NCBI GenBank assembly: GCA_019240305.1
Contig: JAFAYP010000521.1
Span: 818 to 64,817, forward strand
Direction of reading: 5' to 3'
Source: Solirubrobacterales bacterium
Lineage (GTDB): Bacteria > Actinomycetota > Thermoleophilia > Solirubrobacterales > Solirubrobacteraceae
DNA length: 64,000 bases
Both the position numbers and the translations under genes were made by a program. Shown here piece by piece: positions 20,903 through 30,539 of the stretch; within the stretch, counting starts at the first letter, position 1, and each line of letters starts with the position of its first letter. The notes beneath the pieces are model-generated. The model was not told where the DNA came from, searched no databases, and was given only the letters and a program-made list of their open reading frames with translations.

Positions 20903-21219
20903 CGCGGGAGGTTCCGTCGCGCCCGCGCGTCTGCCTCTGACGCGCGCTTGACCGCCGCCAAGCCGTCGTCCCAGAAACTCTCGACGAACCGCCTCACGTC
21001 CTCGAGGCTCTGCTGTCGCGCTCGATACAGGCGCTGCGTACCGTTTCGGCGCTCCTCGATCAGCCCCGCTTCGCGGAGGACCCGCAGATGCTTGGACACT
21101 GCCGGACGGCTGACCTCGAACTGGGCCGCGACCTCCCCGGCCGCGTGCTCGGCGTTCCAGACCAAGCGCAAGATCTGCTGGCGACGGGGGTCGGCAAGCG
21201 CTTTGAGCATCTCTTCCAC
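20899..21219 (-). CDS. ArsR/SmtB transcriptional regulator
   Basis: LKALADPRRQQIL...SRPAVSKHLRVLREAGLI; start set at GTG 21219. Confidence 0.9.
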   Translation of the reverse strand: MEEMLKALADPRRQQILRLVWNAEHAAGEVAAQFEVSRPAVSKHLRVLREAGLIEERRNGTQRLYRARQQSLEDVRRFVESFWDDGLAAVKRASEADARARRNLPR

Positions 21220-21228
21220 GAGGACCAG

Positions 21229-21262
21229 TGTAGCGACTCGGTTACGTAACTGCACGACTACA
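21229..21262. promoter_or_regulatory. Palindromic operator upstream of the ArsR operon
   Basis: tgtag-N7-gttacgtaac-N7-ctaca is symmetric. Confidence 0.6.
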
Positions 21263-21457
21263 TTACCGATCGCATCCATGGCGTCGGGACGGAGTCGGCA
21301 ACCGCCCCGGCGAGCGACTATCCAGAGTCCCGCTTCGGTGTAGGGACCCGCTTGGTCGGACGACTGGTCACCGGCCCCGCTTGCGCGGAACGCAAGGAAG
21401 CCGGCGACGGCACTCGTAGCGACTAGCTGGCCCCGTTGTGAGCGCCTTGAGCTTGGG

Positions 21458-21847
21458 CTATTCGCCCCAGAAGTCCTCGACCATCTCTCCGTCGGACTCT
21501 ACGTGCGGTCCGAAGATGAGAATCTGGAGCCCGTCGGAACTGGCTTCGAAGGACCGTGCCACGCCGGGACTGACGCGTACGGCATCGAGCGGCCCCAGGT
21601 CGACGAGCTCGTGGTCGAGTTTGACTCGGCCGGCGCCGCCGATGACCACGTAGATCTCCTCGGCGCTGCGGTGGCGATGCGCGAACGCCTCGCGCTGCCC
21701 GGGCTTGACGATGAGGTAGTTCATCCCGGTCTGCTCGGCGCCCAAGTCCCGCTGAAAGAACCGCGCCTCCTGAGAGGCTGAAAGCCCGTGCTCAGCCGCG
21801 GAGTCCTTGACCTCTCGAAGGTTCTTCTTCGCGTAGCTGGCTGCCAT
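21458..21847 (-). CDS. Cupin-domain protein
   Basis: AHRHRSAEEIYVVIGGAG...VRVSPG; SD gaggagg. Confidence 0.85.
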   Translation of the reverse strand: MAASYAKKNLREVKDSAAEHGLSASQEARFFQRDLGAEQTGMNYLIVKPGQREAFAHRHRSAEEIYVVIGGAGRVKLDHELVDLGPLDAVRVSPGVARSFEASSDGLQILIFGPHVESDGEMVEDFWGE

Positions 21848-21866
21848 GGGTGAATTTCCTCCTCGC

Positions 21867-21889
21867 ATTATATGAGCGACTCATATAAT
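21867..21889. promoter_or_regulatory. MarR-type operator between divergent cupin and MarR genes
   Basis: attatatgag-N3-ctcatataat, perfect 10-bp inverted repeat. Confidence 0.7.
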
Positions 21890-22458
21890 ACCCGCCCATA
21901 ACGCTCTCGACACATCCTCGGCTGGAGAACCTGCTGGCGTCGCTCACGCTGAACCTCGCCGAGGAAGCCGTGACGGCACTGGAGGGGGCATCGGGACTCA
22001 CCGGCAGCGCGACTGCGGCGCTCCTGGCACTCGCGGAGTTCATGGACGACTCTCACGTCGGCCGCCTGGCGGACGCGCTCGGACTGACGCACTCGGGTGC
22101 AGTCCGGCTGGTCAGCCAGCTGGAGGCGAAGGGGCTCGCGGTGCGCCGCAACGCGGCCGACCGCCGCCGGGTCGAGGTGCGTTTGACCGCGCACGGCCGT
22201 CACCGGGCTCGCGCGGCCCGGGCAGCGCGAGACGCTGTGGTGCGCGAGGCCACCCGCGGCCTCGATGAAAAGGAAGCCGCGACGCTTGAGGGTCTACTCG
22301 CGAAGGTGATCGAGGCCCGAGTGACCGCCCGCGTCGCCGCGCGCAAGACGGGAGCATCGATGGCCTGGTGGTGCCGGACCTGCGACTTCAACGCATGCGG
22401 GCGACCGCAGGGACGCTGCCCGGCCCAGACGACCGCTGGGCATGCCGCGCAACGTTAG
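21872..22458 (+). CDS. MarR-family regulator with C-terminal Cys motif; probable frameshift near 21895
   Basis: RLENLLASLTL...LGLTHSGAVRLVSQL...DRRRVEVRLT...CRTCDFNACG...CP. Confidence 0.8.
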
Positions 22459-22720
22459 GACCACCTGCTTTGCTCCCCACCAGAACCCGGCAGGGCCGCC
22501 CGTTAGCAACCCGCCTTCCGCGGACTCCGTGCATCCCGCCGACGATCGCCTTCGCCTCCAAACCACGGCTTGACTGGACGAGCGGATCCCCTCCTGGGCA
22601 TCTTTGTTAAAGGCGCTCGTGGGTGTGGATGGTCCGATTGAGGAGGCGCGAACGCGGTGTCCCGGATGGATTCGGGCCGCGGGGTGTATGAAGCGGCGAG
22701 CGGCGGTTTATGATCGGGGA

Positions 22721-22848
22721 GCGCGCAGGGCGCACCCGGTCCGCGGAAAGGGCGAAGCCCACCTGAGTTGGCTAGTCGTGCTCATTTCTTGCCTGTCTCC
22801 TTTCCGGCTCGAGATGCGGACCCCGGGCTATTGCGAAAGGAGGCCATC
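22721..22848 (+). ncRNA. Structured 5' leader RNA of the ankyrin gene (candidate cis-regulatory element)
   Basis: TATGAT -10 at 22709-22714; nested stems cccggtccgc/gcggac(cc)cggg, ggaaagg/cctttcc, gggc-gaa-gccc and tgag/ctca, ending just before SD gaaaggagg. Confidence 0.5.
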
Positions 22849-24636
22849 GTGCCACCCCGCGGTCTTCCCGGTAATGCCAATCTCGAGCAGCTGAGGAACG
22901 GCGCCAAGTCCTTCGCGCGCGCTGTCCGTTCCGGTGACCCTGGTGCTGCGGACGTCGTGCGCGAGTTCCATCCTCGCCTCGCCAGCGCCGAGCATGGATC
23001 ACCTGAGCTCCAGGCATTCAGCCACGCCGACGCGCTGCTCGTGGTCGCGCGTAGATTCGATTTCGAGAGCTGGCCTAAGCTGAAGTCGTTTCTGGAGAGC
23101 ACGCAGGAGCTCACGCGCTCGCCGCACCACGCGCCGCCGGGGGTCACGCCGGCGGACGAGTTTCTCCGGCTCGCGTGCCTGAATTACGGAAACGACGAGC
23201 CGGAGCGGATCGCAGCGGCCCGCCAGATGCTGGCCAGAAGCCCTGAGCTGAGTCGTGCGACGATCCACGCGGCGGCAGCCGCCGGTGCTGTGGACGCCGC
23301 CTGTGTGATGCTCGGGCGGGATCCGGCGCTCGCCGGGGCGCGCGGCGGTCCGTTCGAGTGGGAGCCGCTGCTCTACCTCGCCTACTCCCGGGTGGGTGAC
23401 GCGCCGCCCGAGCGCTCCGCGCTCGAGACGGCGCGGCTGCTGCTCGACCATGGCGCTGATCCGAATGCCGGCTATCTGTGGGAGGGGCTGTGCCCGCCGT
23501 TCACGGCGCTGACGGGCGCGCTGGGGGGCGGCGAGAACGGGCCACCGGCCCACGAGCAGAGACTCGCGCTCGCGCGGCTGCTGCTCGAACGCGGCGCTGA
23601 CCCCAACGACGGACAGGGCCTGTACAACCAGGCGGGGGATCCAAGCGAGGAGTGGCTCGAGCTGCTGCTCGAGTTCGGGCTCGGGCGGGGCGAGGGCAGT
23701 GGGCGGTGGTATCGCCTGTTCGGCGAGCGGCTCGCGTCGCCCAGACAGCTGCTCGAGAACCTGATCATGCCCGCCGCAGGACTGGGGTTGACGTCGCGGG
23801 TTCGCCGCCTGCTCGAGCTCGGCGTCGACCCAGACGGGACCGGAACCCGGCACCCGATCTACGAGGGCCGCACACCCGTGCAGGAGGCGGCGCGTGGCGG
23901 CAACCCCGAGGTGGTGGAGATGCTCCGAGCCGCTGGAGCAGATTCGGCGCTCGATGATGTCGACCTATTTCTGGCCGCCTGCGGCGACGGTGACCGCGAT
24001 CGGACCGAGGCGATGAGAACGGCCGATCCGACGCTGCTCCAGCAGGCGATCGCGCGTCGACCCGGTCAGATCATCGCGGCCGCCGAGCATGGAAAGCTCG
24101 AAGCGGTCGCGCTGCTGATCGAGCTCGGTTTCGACGTCAACGCGCTCGAGCGGACTTCCCCCTTGCACGAGGCGGCGATGCGCGGCAACCTCGAAATGAT
24201 TCACTTGCTGCTCGACCATCGCGCCGACCCGGAGCTGCGAGACACGGGTTACGACGCGACCCCCGCGGGCTGGGCCGAGCATTTCCGGCAACGCGAGGCG
24301 AAGGAACTTCTGCACGCGAGAGAGAGCGTCCACAAGGAGGCGGTCGAAACCGACCTTCGCTATGGCCCCGCCGACCCGGTCCGTGTGATCGTCGTGCACC
24401 GCGCGCAACGACTCTTCATCACGGACGGCTGTGGCGCGGTCGATCGCTCTGGCCGCCCAGAGGGGTCGCAGAGTGCTTTTGACCGGATCGCGCGATCGCT
24501 TGACGTCAACGTTCAGCGGACCGGCGAGGTATGGCTCCCGGTGGTCACCGCCGGACCAGGCGTGGAGGCGATCACCAAGCGGATCGCCGACGCGTCACTG
24601 GCGCTCTACCAGGAGCTCCTCGAACTGCAGGACTGA
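22849..24636 (+). CDS. Ankyrin-repeat protein with N-terminal LPxxxNLEQL...ARxxxFxSWxxLK domain and an extra C-terminal domain
   Basis: LLLDHGADPNAG, LLERGADPND, TPVQEAA, SPLHEAA; GTG start after gaaaggagg. Confidence 0.88.
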   Translation: MPPRGLPGNANLEQLRNGAKSFARAVRSGDPGAADVVREFHPRLASAEHGSPELQAFSHADALLVVARRFDFESWPKLKSFLESTQELTRSPHHAPPGVTPADEFLRLACLNYGNDEPERIAAARQMLARSPELSRATIHAAAAAGAVDAACVMLGRDPALAGARGGPFEWEPLLYLAYSRVGDAPPERSALETARLLLDHGADPNAGYLWEGLCPPFTALTGALGGGENGPPAHEQRLALARLLLERGADPNDGQGLYNQAGDPSEEWLELLLEFGLGRGEGSGRWYRLFGERLASPRQLLENLIMPAAGLGLTSRVRRLLELGVDPDGTGTRHPIYEGRTPVQEAARGGNPEVVEMLRAAGADSALDDVDLFLAACGDGDRDRTEAMRTADPTLLQQAIARRPGQIIAAAEHGKLEAVALLIELGFDVNALERTSPLHEAAMRGNLEMIHLLLDHRADPELRDTGYDATPAGWAEHFRQREAKELLHARESVHKEAVETDLRYGPADPVRVIVVHRAQRLFITDGCGAVDRSGRPEGSQSAFDRIARSLDVNVQRTGEVWLPVVTAGPGVEAITKRIADASLALYQELLELQD

Positions 24637-24665
24637 CCCGCGGGCTGCAGGGCCTCGCGGTGGTG

Positions 24666-24953
24666 TCAGGCGGCTTGGAGTGCTGGGGCGAGTTCGTCGG
24701 CGGTGGCCTCGACCGTCTCGGGAACCGTCACGGTAAGGCGCCCGTCCCGATTCAAGACCTGACGCGCGTTGATGACGGCCAAGCCAACGATCTCCTGCGT
24801 GCCCGGGGCGAAGCGAAGGACGTGTCCCTCGGGCGTTTCTTCGCCTTCGCCGGGCTGCGGCTGGCCGACGTGCAGGTAGAGGACGTCGCCGTCGGCGTCA
24901 TAGTCGGCGTGGTCGAAGGTCAGCGGTCCGATGCGGATGTTCACGGCTTCCAT
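24666..24953 (-). CDS. DUF2283-domain protein (putative antitoxin)
   Basis: YDADGDVLYL...EIVGLAVINA. Confidence 0.75.
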   Translation of the reverse strand: MEAVNIRIGPLTFDHADYDADGDVLYLHVGQPQPGEGEETPEGHVLRFAPGTQEIVGLAVINARQVLNRDGRLTVTVPETVEATADELAPALQAA

Positions 24954-25254
24954 CGCTTGGGATCCTTCCGGTTGGCCAGCGCGGTGATGATCCGCGCCGG
25001 CTGCTGCTCATAGCTTACGGCCGCCATCAGCCAGCGGCTTGGTCCGACGCCACGCCGGTAGAACCGCGTTCGGTCGGCAAGCGCGTCCGGCTCGACGTGA
25101 TCCGGCTCCGCGACGGTCTCCATTACGGCTTCGAGATGATCGACCAGCTCGGGATGGTCGCGCGAGATCTTGTCTTCCCAGATCCGGAAAGAAGCACGAC
25201 TTCCCGCCCATCGGGGTCGGTGACGGTGGCAGCAGCAGGCTTCTCGCTCGCCAT
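24941..25254 (-). CDS. Putative BECR-fold RNase toxin upstream of DUF2283; frameshift near 25187
   Basis: MASEKPAAATVTDPDGREVVL joins RIWEDKISRDHPEL...RIITA in another frame; overlaps the DUF2283 start. Confidence 0.55.
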
Positions 25255-25880
25255 CAGGGGCAGCGTGCCGCACGGTTCGGACGAGGAGTGGCGGCTGGGT
25301 TCGAATAGCAACGCACGTCCCAACCAACCACGCCAACCTCGGCATCACCAGTATCCACCTCCAGGGACGCGATAGCAGCGAGATCATCAGCACCGTCCAC
25401 GGACGCCGTCACCGACGATCTCCGCTAGCGCGGGCCTGCGGATCAGGCGGTAACCAGCAGCGTCTGGGTCGGTGGGCGCCTGTCGGCCGACCCAGCCCCA
25501 CACCTTCGGTTGGCGACGAGCAGGGCGCGAACTGCGGGTGGGTTCAGGCCCCGCTCTGCTTCCCCGACGGGTACGCCCGGCTTCCCGGTCGTGGACATTC
25601 ACACGGGGGCCCCGAGCGGCTTGTTCGTGGCGATGCGCAGTGCAGCTCGACGGCACGTCAATTGCGGTGTTGTCCTTCGCCGAACGGGACTAGTGGCAGG
25701 AAATCGGACGCCGTCTTGCCCGAAGCAGTCGTCGGTGACAGGCGCGGTTTCCGTTCGGTGCAGGGACGCGACTCACGGCGCGACGATTCGCGAGTCGGAA
25801 CCGGAGCGGCGCTAGCTTGGCCGACTGGCCGCTGTGACCCGGGGTGGACGCGGGGCGGGTGCGCGGCGTGCGGCCGGCGG

Positions 25881-26558
25881 TCAGTTGGTTGACCGCGGCG
25901 GTGGTTCCGGGGTCGACATTGACTGCTGGGCCGATTTGAGCTCGGCGACGATCCCGGAGTGTCGGACGTAGATCCAGCCGACGAACAGGCCGATTGCGAT
26001 CAGCGGGTAGCGCGCGATCTTGGAAGCGACCAGGAAGGTCGAGGTCGAGACGGTGACCGCGAGGATCACCTGCAACGTCGCGTCGACCACACAGAAGATG
26101 CCGATGAGCGCCGTGATCCCGATCAGCAGCCGGTGCCCCACGTCGGTGTCGGTGAGCAGCTTCGCCTGCCGTTCAGGGATCCGGCGCAGGCGCACGAAGA
26201 ACGGCATTAGAACCTCCAGCAGCGGGCGGCGGAGCGCGAGCGAGACCAGGCAGGCGATGCCAATACCACCGGTCAGGAAGCCGCGGCGGAGCTTCAGCGG
26301 CAGCGTGCTCCCGCCGGACAGCAGTGTGATCAGCAGCGCGATCCCGAACACGATCAGCGGCACCAGCGCGAGCGGCTGGAACTTCTTCGTGCGGGCCATC
26401 ATCGTGACGATCCAAACGCACGGGATCGCCTCGGCCACGGCCAGCGCGACGGTGTCGTTGCCAGCGATCTGCTTCAGCACCAGATAGGCGACCAGCGGCA
26501 GGACGATGCCGGCGACTTCGATCAGCGGGGATTTCTGAGTGGCGGCTTGCGGTCGCAA
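25881..26558 (-). CDS. VC0807-like integral membrane protein
   Basis: Multiple TM segments, LKLRRGFLTG...SLALRRPL. Confidence 0.7.
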   Translation of the reverse strand: MRPQAATQKSPLIEVAGIVLPLVAYLVLKQIAGNDTVALAVAEAIPCVWIVTMMARTKKFQPLALVPLIVFGIALLITLLSGGSTLPLKLRRGFLTGGIGIACLVSLALRRPLLEVLMPFFVRLRRIPERQAKLLTDTDVGHRLLIGITALIGIFCVVDATLQVILAVTVSTSTFLVASKIARYPLIAIGLFVGWIYVRHSGIVAELKSAQQSMSTPEPPPRSTN

Positions 26559-26607
26559 CCTTGGCTGACTGTAGCACTTTTCTGGCAGTTATGATAAATT
26601 CCTGGCC

Positions 26608-27234
26608 ATGCAGCCAGGTAAGGCTGAATCCGACCGGACGTTCATCGAAACGGCACGCCGCGCACAGATCGTCGACGCCGCGACCGAAACGATCGCCGAG
26701 GAGGGTTACGCCCGTGCATCGCTCGGGCGGATCGCCGAGCGCGCCGGGATCAGCAGAGGTCTGATCAGCTACCACTTCGCCGGCAAGGAGGAGCTGATCA
26801 CCGAGGTAGCGCGCGCCGTGATCCAGCAGGCCAGGGACTACATGCTCCCCCGGATCACCGCGGAGCCGACCGGCCCGGGAATGCTGCGTGCCTACATTGG
26901 GTCAAACCTCGTGTTCATCCGCGAGCACCGCAATCAGCTGATCACGATCGTCGAGATCGCACGCCACCGCATCGCCGAAGACAAGCCGCGCGGCGTTCCC
27001 GGCCGGGAGCTACACGAGGGCGTCCACGCCCTGGCGCAGCTGTTGTCCCGCTTCCAGGATGCCGGCGACCTGCGCGCCGACTTCGATCCGCAGTCCGTCG
27101 CGATCGCCATCCGCGCCGCGATCGACGCCGCCCCGGCACGGCTGAGCGCAGACCCGCAATTCGACATCGACGGCTACACACGGAACCTCATCCAGATGTT
27201 CGACCTCGCTACGCGGGCCGGCGGCAAGACATGA
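26608..27234 (+). CDS. TetR-family regulator
   Basis: RRAQIVDAA...IAERAGISRGLISYHFAGKEEL; TATGAT at 26590 and inverted repeat cctggc-N6-gccagg over the start. Confidence 0.92.
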   Translation: MQPGKAESDRTFIETARRAQIVDAATETIAEEGYARASLGRIAERAGISRGLISYHFAGKEELITEVARAVIQQARDYMLPRITAEPTGPGMLRAYIGSNLVFIREHRNQLITIVEIARHRIAEDKPRGVPGRELHEGVHALAQLLSRFQDAGDLRADFDPQSVAIAIRAAIDAAPARLSADPQFDIDGYTRNLIQMFDLATRAGGKT

Positions 27235-28205
27235 AGTCCTTCGCCGGCAAGCTCGCGGTGGTGACAGGTGGCGGCTCGGGCATCGGCCGTGAACTGGTCT
27301 TCCAACTCGCGACAGCCGGCTGCTCGGTAGCGGCCTGCGACTGGGACGCCGAGTCGATCGCGGACACAGCCGGCGCCGCCCAGGAACGAACTACACAGGG
27401 TGCAATCGTCAGCGGCCACGTCTGCGACGTCTCGAACGAGGCCGATGTGCAGCGGTTCCGCGACGAGTTGCTCACACGCCACACAACCCAGCACGTCGAC
27501 CTAATGTTCAACAACGCGGGGATCGGCGGGGGTGCGAGCTTCCTCGCCGCGAGCCGGGAGGAGTGGGAGCGCACGTTCGCGGTCGACTGGTGGGGCGTCT
27601 ACTACTGCTCTCGAACCTTCCTGCCCTTACTAATCGCCAGCGAGCAAGGCGTGCTCGTCAACACCAGCAGCGTCAACGGGTTCTGGGCGACCCTCGGCCC
27701 AAACATGCCTAACACCGCCTACGCAACCGCTAAGTTCGCCGTAAAGGGCTTCACCGAAGCGCTGATCGAAGACCTCCGCACACACGCCCCACACGTTCGC
27801 GCCGCGGTCGTGATACCCGGACATGTCGGCACCGACATCATCGCCAACACCCGCCGCGCCCACCGACACAACGAGCCGGACGCGCTAAGCGATGCACAGG
27901 TTCAAGCGCTGGTCCCGCCAGAGGGGCGCGTCAAGCTCGTCCGAGCCGGGATGCTCGCCGCGGACGCCTCGGTTGACGACCTTCGCCAACTACTTGCACG
28001 ACGCGAGAGCGAGTTCCGTGACAACGCTCCGCTCAGCGCAGCCGCCGCGGCCAGCACCATCCTCGACGGAATCAGAGCAGGCGCCTGGCGGATACTCGTC
28101 GGTCGAGACGCCGCCGCGCTCGATTCGGCCGTCCGCGCCCATCCTGACGCCGCCTACGACTACCCGACGATCGCCAAGGCCGCAGCGGACCGCGCGACCA
28201 CCTGA
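27231..28205 (+). CDS. Short-chain dehydrogenase/reductase
   Basis: VTGGGSGIG, NNAG, YATAK. Confidence 0.92.
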   Translation: MKSFAGKLAVVTGGGSGIGRELVFQLATAGCSVAACDWDAESIADTAGAAQERTTQGAIVSGHVCDVSNEADVQRFRDELLTRHTTQHVDLMFNNAGIGGGASFLAASREEWERTFAVDWWGVYYCSRTFLPLLIASEQGVLVNTSSVNGFWATLGPNMPNTAYATAKFAVKGFTEALIEDLRTHAPHVRAAVVIPGHVGTDIIANTRRAHRHNEPDALSDAQVQALVPPEGRVKLVRAGMLAADASVDDLRQLLARRESEFRDNAPLSAAAAASTILDGIRAGAWRILVGRDAAALDSAVRAHPDAAYDYPTIAKAAADRATT

Positions 28206-28350
28206 GCGTTTAGACGAAATCTGCGGCTTCGCCACCAGCGTTGCCCTGCTCCCGTTGTGCGGCGCGCATCTCGGAGTCCGATTTCGTCTGCCCTCCCTCG
28301 CGCGGGTAGCCGGCACCCTCGGTAGCGCGAGCCGCGGGCATCTGACAGTC

Positions 28351-28788
28351 CTAGCGGGGCTTTTCCTCGAGCGGGTTCTCCCATCGGAGTCCGTGGAACC
28401 GTACGAAGTCCGTGTCTGTGGATGCGAGCGTGACGCCGTGTTCGATGGCGAGGGCGGCGAGGGCGGCGTCGGGGATCAGGTTCCCGTGCACGTTGTGCGT
28501 GGCGATGAGTCCGCCGTAGATCTGTGGATACTCGGGGCCGGGTTGGGGGACCCAGGCGACCGGCGAGGCGAGCCAATCGGTGACGCGCTCCCATGCGATG
28601 GGGGGCGCAAGCGGTCGTTGAAAGGCGCGAGGGTGGGTCGAGATGCGCAGGAAAGCGTTGATGCTCTGCCACGGAAACCCGATGCGAACCGGGCCGTTGA
28701 GCTTTTCGGTCATCCACGTTGCGGCCTGCTCGTGTTGCTCGGCGCGTTCGTGAACGGCATAGAGCAGAAGGTTTGCGTCCAGCAGCAT
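28351..28788 (-). CDS. vapC: VapC PIN-domain toxin
   Basis: MLLDANLLLYA...PDAALAALAIEHG...STDTDF. Confidence 0.92.
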   Translation of the reverse strand: MLLDANLLLYAVHERAEQHEQAATWMTEKLNGPVRIGFPWQSINAFLRISTHPRAFQRPLAPPIAWERVTDWLASPVAWVPQPGPEYPQIYGGLIATHNVHGNLIPDAALAALAIEHGVTLASTDTDFVRFHGLRWENPLEEKPR

Positions 28789-29021
28789 CAGCTGCTCGAC
28801 GGTCCGTCGAGGGTCTCGAGCGCGTCGGCGACGTTGTCGAAGTCGAGCCCACGGCCGAGGTCGTGGGACTTCTGCTGAAACGGCGCTGCCGGTTTCCTCT
28901 GTATGGCGAGCCCGGCGCGGACCAGCTCGTTGACGGCTTCGCTCATGCCGATCGACCGCTCACGCCGGAGTCGCTCGACGGCGGCGGCGACGTCGTCGGC
29001 CAGGGTGAGTGTGGTGCGCAT
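28788..29021 (-). CDS. vapB: VapB ribbon-helix-helix antitoxin
   Basis: MRTTLTLADDV...SEAVNELVRAGL; coupled to vapC; upstream palindrome tgcatcgtgatgca at 29036-29049. Confidence 0.88.
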   Translation of the reverse strand: MRTTLTLADDVAAAVERLRRERSIGMSEAVNELVRAGLAIQRKPAAPFQQKSHDLGRGLDFDNVADALETLDGPSSS

Positions 29022-29087
29022 GATGCAAATGCTACTGCATCGTGATGCAGCAAACTAGGCATCTAGATACGACCCTTGTGCTCCCGC

Positions 29088-29123
<36 letters not shown>

Positions 29124-29143
29124 CTGCAAATCAGCTGGACACG

Positions 29144-29172
29144 AAGGCCTCCGAGCGATCGGGGGCCTTTTT
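29144..29172 (+). terminator. Intrinsic terminator after the att core
   Basis: aaggcctccga-gcga-tcgggggcctt followed by a T-run. Confidence 0.75.
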
Positions 29173-29247
29173 CGTTGCCGTGATCCGCGTTTGACTTCGT
29201 TTGACGGGCGCGCGGTGGGAGTCGTCTCGGCGTTCCCATAGCCTTGG

Positions 29248-29604
29248 CTAGGGGAGGCCAGCGGCGAACTCACGCTCGAGCTGGCCGTCCTGGATGCGTT
29301 GAAAGCACAGCAGCAGCTCCTCGTCGAGCACGGCGGCGATCCGACGCAGAGTGGTCAGCTGGGGCATGTGCGTCCCGTTCTCGAGGCGCGAGATGGCGGT
29401 ATGGGACGTGTCGGCGGCGGCGGCGACCTGCTCCTGAGTGAGTCCGAGCTCGAAGCGTCGCGCGCGCAGATGGGCGGCTATCGGGTTCGTTCTACGGAGC
29501 TCGCGGATGTGCGCGTATTCGTCGCGGGCGTTGCGATAGACGCGGCTTCGGCGAGCGCGGCTCGCGGTCGCGCGCTGAGCAGGCTGGCCGGCGGGGCTTG
29601 GCAC
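29248..29604 (-). CDS. XRE/HigA-like HTH protein
   Basis: LRARRFELGLTQEQVAAAADTSHTAISRLENG; start placed at GTG 29604. Confidence 0.75.
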   Translation of the reverse strand: MPSPAGQPAQRATASRARRSRVYRNARDEYAHIRELRRTNPIAAHLRARRFELGLTQEQVAAAADTSHTAISRLENGTHMPQLTTLRRIAAVLDEELLLCFQRIQDGQLEREFAAGLP

Positions 29605-29918
29605 ACGAGCACGCGCACGTGCACTTCGGCGTCGTGCTCGTCGACGATGACCTGGCACACGCCGCGATCGTGTCCGCCGAGCAGAACCCCAAGCTCGAGC
29701 TCGGACGGGTTGCGTTCCCGGAACCCGAGCGGATGACACAGCCGTTGCGGATTCCCATCGAGGCAGGCCGGCGGCGTGTCGAACCACTCGTCGTTCACGT
29801 CGACCTCCGAGCCATAGGTCGGCTCGCCGTTTTCGTCGGTCCTCCCAAGCCATCGCTTGCGAACGTGCTTCGCCGACTCGGGAGGATCCGAGGGAGCGGG
29901 GGCGGCCGGGCGCGTCAT
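29478..29918 (-). CDS. Hypothetical protein, possibly truncated where it meets the XRE gene
   Basis: Protein-like composition up to VRVLVC, then overlaps the XRE gene by ~126 nt. Confidence 0.4.
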   Translation of the reverse strand: MTRPAAPAPSDPPESAKHVRKRWLGRTDENGEPTYGSEVDVNDEWFDTPPACLDGNPQRLCHPLGFRERNPSELELGVLLGGHDRGVCQVIVDEHDAEVHVRVLVCQAPPASLLSARPRAALAEAASIATPATNTRTSASSVERTR

Positions 29919-30266
29919 CCCGGCGATTGTGCGTTACCGTCGAGGCCAAGTCAGCCTGAGACCGCGCGTTGTTGCACCTTCGGCGCGGGATTGGCACGAG
30001 GTCGTCACAGTTCAGGCGTAAAATGTCACTCGCCGGTCGCTCTTCACTTGTCACCAGAGCCCCGCCGAGGTGAGGTCGTGGACATGGGGAGCTCGGCGTC
30101 ATGCGCCATAGACGGCGCATGATGCGTCGAGCTTGGCGTGCTAGCCCGGGCGTATGGTTTTGAGGTAGCTCGTGGCGGTGACGAGATCACGGCCCGGCGT
30201 GAGCCTCAGGCGATGACGCGCGTGCGGGACGATCGACTCCGGCGGAGCGCTGGCTAGCCTGGACCA

Positions 30267-30518
30267 ATGGAAATCGAGGCACCCACGGTGCGAAGAAGGA
30301 TCCTCGAGCTGCTGGCGCAAAGAGGCGAGGACAAGACGATCTGTCCCTCGGAGGTGGCTCGGGCCCTCGACCCCCAGAACTTCCGTGCCCACATGTCTTC
30401 GGTCCGTAGCGCCGCCCACACGCTCGTCGAAGAGGAGCGGATCGAGGTAACCCAGGGCGGCGCGGTTGTCGACATTCGCACCGCCCGGGGCCCGGTGCGG
30501 CTGGGGCTCCGCCGGTAA
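30267..30518 (+). CDS. DUF3253 winged-helix protein
   Basis: ILELLAQRG..KTICPSEVAR...TQGG...RGPVRL. Confidence 0.85.
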   Translation: MEIEAPTVRRRILELLAQRGEDKTICPSEVARALDPQNFRAHMSSVRSAAHTLVEEERIEVTQGGAVVDIRTARGPVRLGLRR

Positions 30519-30539
30519 CCCACAGCCGGGGTTACGGTC

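Noticed and set aside
21330-25820. Similar intergenic motifs ttcggtg(t/c)agggac ... ctagc(t)tggcc near 21335 and 25754 as a REP-like family
   Set aside because: Only two short, divergent matches; cannot be distinguished from chance without a genome-wide search
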